Below are positions 61,611-64,000 of a stretch of 64,000 bases of DNA, in pieces. The number at the start of each line of letters is the position of its first letter. Position 1 is the stretch's first letter. Under the pieces are notes generated by a model, which was not told the DNA's origin, did no database searches, and saw only the letters and a program-made list of their open reading frames with translations. The stretch comes from Vitrella brassicaformis CCMP3155 (Eukaryota > Protista > Chromerida): contig CDMY01000366.1 of NCBI GenBank assembly GCA_001179505.1, positions 248,001 to 312,000 on the forward strand, in the 5' to 3' direction. A program made the position numbers and the translations under genes.

Positions 61611-62917
61611 ATGAGCCGTTCGCGGGGCCGTCCAGTAGAGTTTGATGAGGAGGAGAACATCCTCTTTGGCGACGGTGAAGATGACCCGCCTGCAGAGGAT
61701 GACCAATTCATGGAGGACCAGGACGTGCCCATGGACCAGGGCGACGATGTATATGCTGCCGACCATCAGATGGGCGATGCTGAGGCGGCGGCGGCGGCGG
61801 CCGAGACCGCCGACGAGCGGCTCATCCGTGAGGAGAAGGAGGAGCGGGAGAGGGAGGAGCAGCTCGCCAAGATGCAGAGGGAGGCCGACCTCGCCCGCAT
61901 CAAGAAACGCCCCGACCTGGTGGATCTGCTGCGGAGCGAGAGGGGCTTCAAGTCCCTCTACGATCACGCCAAATCGCCGGCCTTCCAATCGCAGCTGCGG
62001 CACGAGAAGCCCCGGTCGGGGCAGCCAAAGGGCCTCAACGAGCAGCACAACCTGGACGTGTTCCTCTCGACCGTGCAGACGTGGATGCAGCAGCTATACC
62101 CCTTCCCCCTCCACCCAGACGACCTCGCCAAGAAGCTCGAGCGCCTGTCACGCGGCAGCTTCAAAGGCAACCCCCTCCGCGACCACATCATGCACCTCAG
62201 GGCGCACCACAAGTTCCCCGACTGCCCCATCCCATTCACCAAGACACACCTGACCCTCCAGCAGGCCATCGAGCGCCTCAACCTCGGCGATGGCGGCGCC
62301 AAGAGGGAGGCGGAGGACACCAAGATGCATGATGCCGCTGCTGACTACCCGGACCCCCATGACGACGGGGTGTTCGGAGGTCATCATGACGATGACGACG
62401 ACCATTTCGTCCCTGACGAGCTCCTCTTCGGCAGTGGTGGTGGTGACGCCGGCCCCTCTCGGCATTCCCCGCCGCCCCCTGCAGCAGCTGGAGCAGCAAC
62501 AGCACCGATGGACGAGGCGACCAAGGCCCGCATCGCAGCTGCCAAGGAGCGTGCCCTGGAGAAGAAGCGCAAGAAAGAGGAGGAGCGCAAGAGGCAGGAA
62601 CAGGCGGACCATCAGGGAAGGCAGGAGGGGGGCGGGGGTGAGGGGGCCGGCGATAGAGACGTAGCCATGGAAAGGGATGGTGGGGGTGAGGATAGGGGTG
62701 GTGTGCCTCAGTTGTCGCCTGAAGAGCTGGCTGCCAGATTGGAGCGGAATAGGAAGGCTGCAGAGGAGAGGAAACGGTACGTCTGACGCATGAATCCACG
62801 GATACAATGAGTACAATGCAGGCGTTCAGTTGCGTGTTTCTGTACCTGTGTGTGTATTGCAGGTTGAAGCAGCTGCAACGGCAGCAGGAACAAGCCGACA
62901 AGGCGAATCCCAACTGA
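61611..62917 (+). CDS. TIPIN: TIPIN/Swi3/Csm3-like replication fork protection protein; 2 exons
   Basis: DLLRSERGFKSLY...KG..EQHNLDVFLSTVQTWMQQLYP...DDLAKKLERL matches the Swi3 domain pattern. Acidic N-terminus; C-terminal RIAAAKERAL and RLERNRKAAEERK. Confidence 0.8.
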
Positions 62918-63203
62918 TGGCTCCATACCTACCTAGACAGACGTGCCCAGATAGAGCCAGAGGAGACATCCGTAGATGGGCAGACAGACAGACACATTCA
63001 CGCGGAAGTAAGTGGTTTGGTTTGAATTAATCAATGAATGAACATGCTGCATTCATTCGTACAAATGTCGATCAACGTGTGTACGCATCCGACAACAGCC
63101 ATCGGCCTTTGCGAATGTTCGGAGGCAAAAAACGATACAGACACACGACCCGCTCCCCCGCACGCACAACGGCCCCGCCCGACGAGTGGCCAGCTCAGCT
63201 CCA

Positions 63204-64000
63204 CTACGTGTTCCTGTCGGTAGTCCTGTGTACGAAACAGCACCCACACGTTACCTCCCTCACTGTCATATCCCCATTCCCTCCAGCCCTCCTGCCGCTC
63301 TCCTGGACATCACAGCCCCGCGGGCACCCTCCACGCGGCCCTGTGTCGATATGTATGTCTGGCGGCCGCTCGGGCCCCCCATGACCGGCCCTGCCCTGCG
63401 GCAGTGGAGATGCACTTGTGTCTCTGCTGCTGCAGTGTGTCTCGAACACCGGCACACTCCTCCTGTGCGGCTGGTCGCTGACGGGAGAGTCGCTGGGTAT
63501 CGACCGCTGGTGCGTTGGCATGGACCTGACCATTCTTGTCACTGCCGGTCTTCCGGTCATCTGGTCCCTCTCAGCAAACTCCTGTGTCGAATCCGCACTC
63601 ATCTGGAGGTCGTCATCCGTATCTCCCCTGCTGGCTGGCGGATGGGGGTGTTGGCCGGAGTAGCCCCTCGGTGAAGTGATTGGGGTTTGTTCCGCCATGT
63701 CGATGTAGTTGTCGATGCCCTCCCTCACAAAGGCGGGCGATGCCAACACGTCGACGGCCTTGTGTTCAGGGGAGGAAGGGGAAGCCGCGCGCAGGGCGGG
63801 GATGTCTCCCACGGCCTTCTCGCCATTTGCGCGATTGTAATTCTCGAGCGCTCTTTTTTGCGCCATGGCCAGTTCGATCAGCTTCCGAAACTTCTTTCGT
63901 TTCCGCGCACCCTGTCCCGAACGGAAAGATACAGAGACACAAGTCGGTTTCTCTTGTGATCGGTTCGTGTGCGTGCAGGTGTACCTTCCAGAGAGCCTGA
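63204..64000 (-). CDS. 3' part of an unidentified gene entering from the right edge
   Basis: Splice acceptor near 63915 leads into GARKRKKFRKLIELAMAQKRALENYNR, then a low-complexity tail. An upstream donor lies near 63983. Confidence 0.45.
   Translation of the reverse strand, partial: RLSGRYTCTHTNRSQEKPTCVSVSFRSGQGARKRKKFRKLIELAMAQKRALENYNRANGEKAVGDIPALRAASPSSPEHKAVDVLASPAFVREGIDNYIDMAEQTPITSPRGYSGQHPHPPASRGDTDDDLQMSADSTQEFAERDQMTGRPAVTRMVRSMPTHQRSIPSDSPVSDQPHRRSVPVFETHCSSRDTSASPLPQGRAGHGGPERPPDIHIDTGPRGGCPRGCDVQESGRRAGGNGDMTVREVTCGCCFVHRTTDRNT

Overview
Intron-rich, GC-rich eukaryotic genomic DNA with (CA/GT)n, (CAGA)n and (CATC)n microsatellites in most introns and two 300-N assembly gaps. 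A nucleus-encoded chlorophyll synthase with a signal-peptide-led presequence, together with SPINDLY, a ciliary CFAP47 and an LNR/TSP1/sushi adhesin-like gene, points to a photosynthetic relative of apicomplexans. A chromerid such as Vitrella fits best; this is an inference from gene content and sequence style, not a database match. About 19 protein-coding genes were reconstructed by eye. Recognisable ones: CFAP47-like, ataxin-3-like (Josephin-UIM-UBX), NSA2, RAB3GAP1, a nucleotide-sugar transporter, Fcf2, RNase H1, a Rad21/Rec8 kleisin, a CDK-like kinase, chlG, SPY and TIPIN/Swi3; the rest are orphans. Most genes form head-to-head pairs separated by about 115-300 bp, and most of these spacers carry an AGCTCGC motif. 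The most unusual items are (1) an intron-containing gene fusing a retropepsin-like domain that lacks its catalytic Asp to an intact RNase H1, (2) an inverted pair of paralogues encoding AT-hook/SIM + RCC1-like repeats + a C-terminal chromodomain, and (3) a putative plastid membrane protein built from a duplicated two-helix unit. No rRNA, tRNA, CRISPR array or intact transposon was recognised. All exon boundaries are manual GT/GC-AG inferences and need RNA-seq confirmation.
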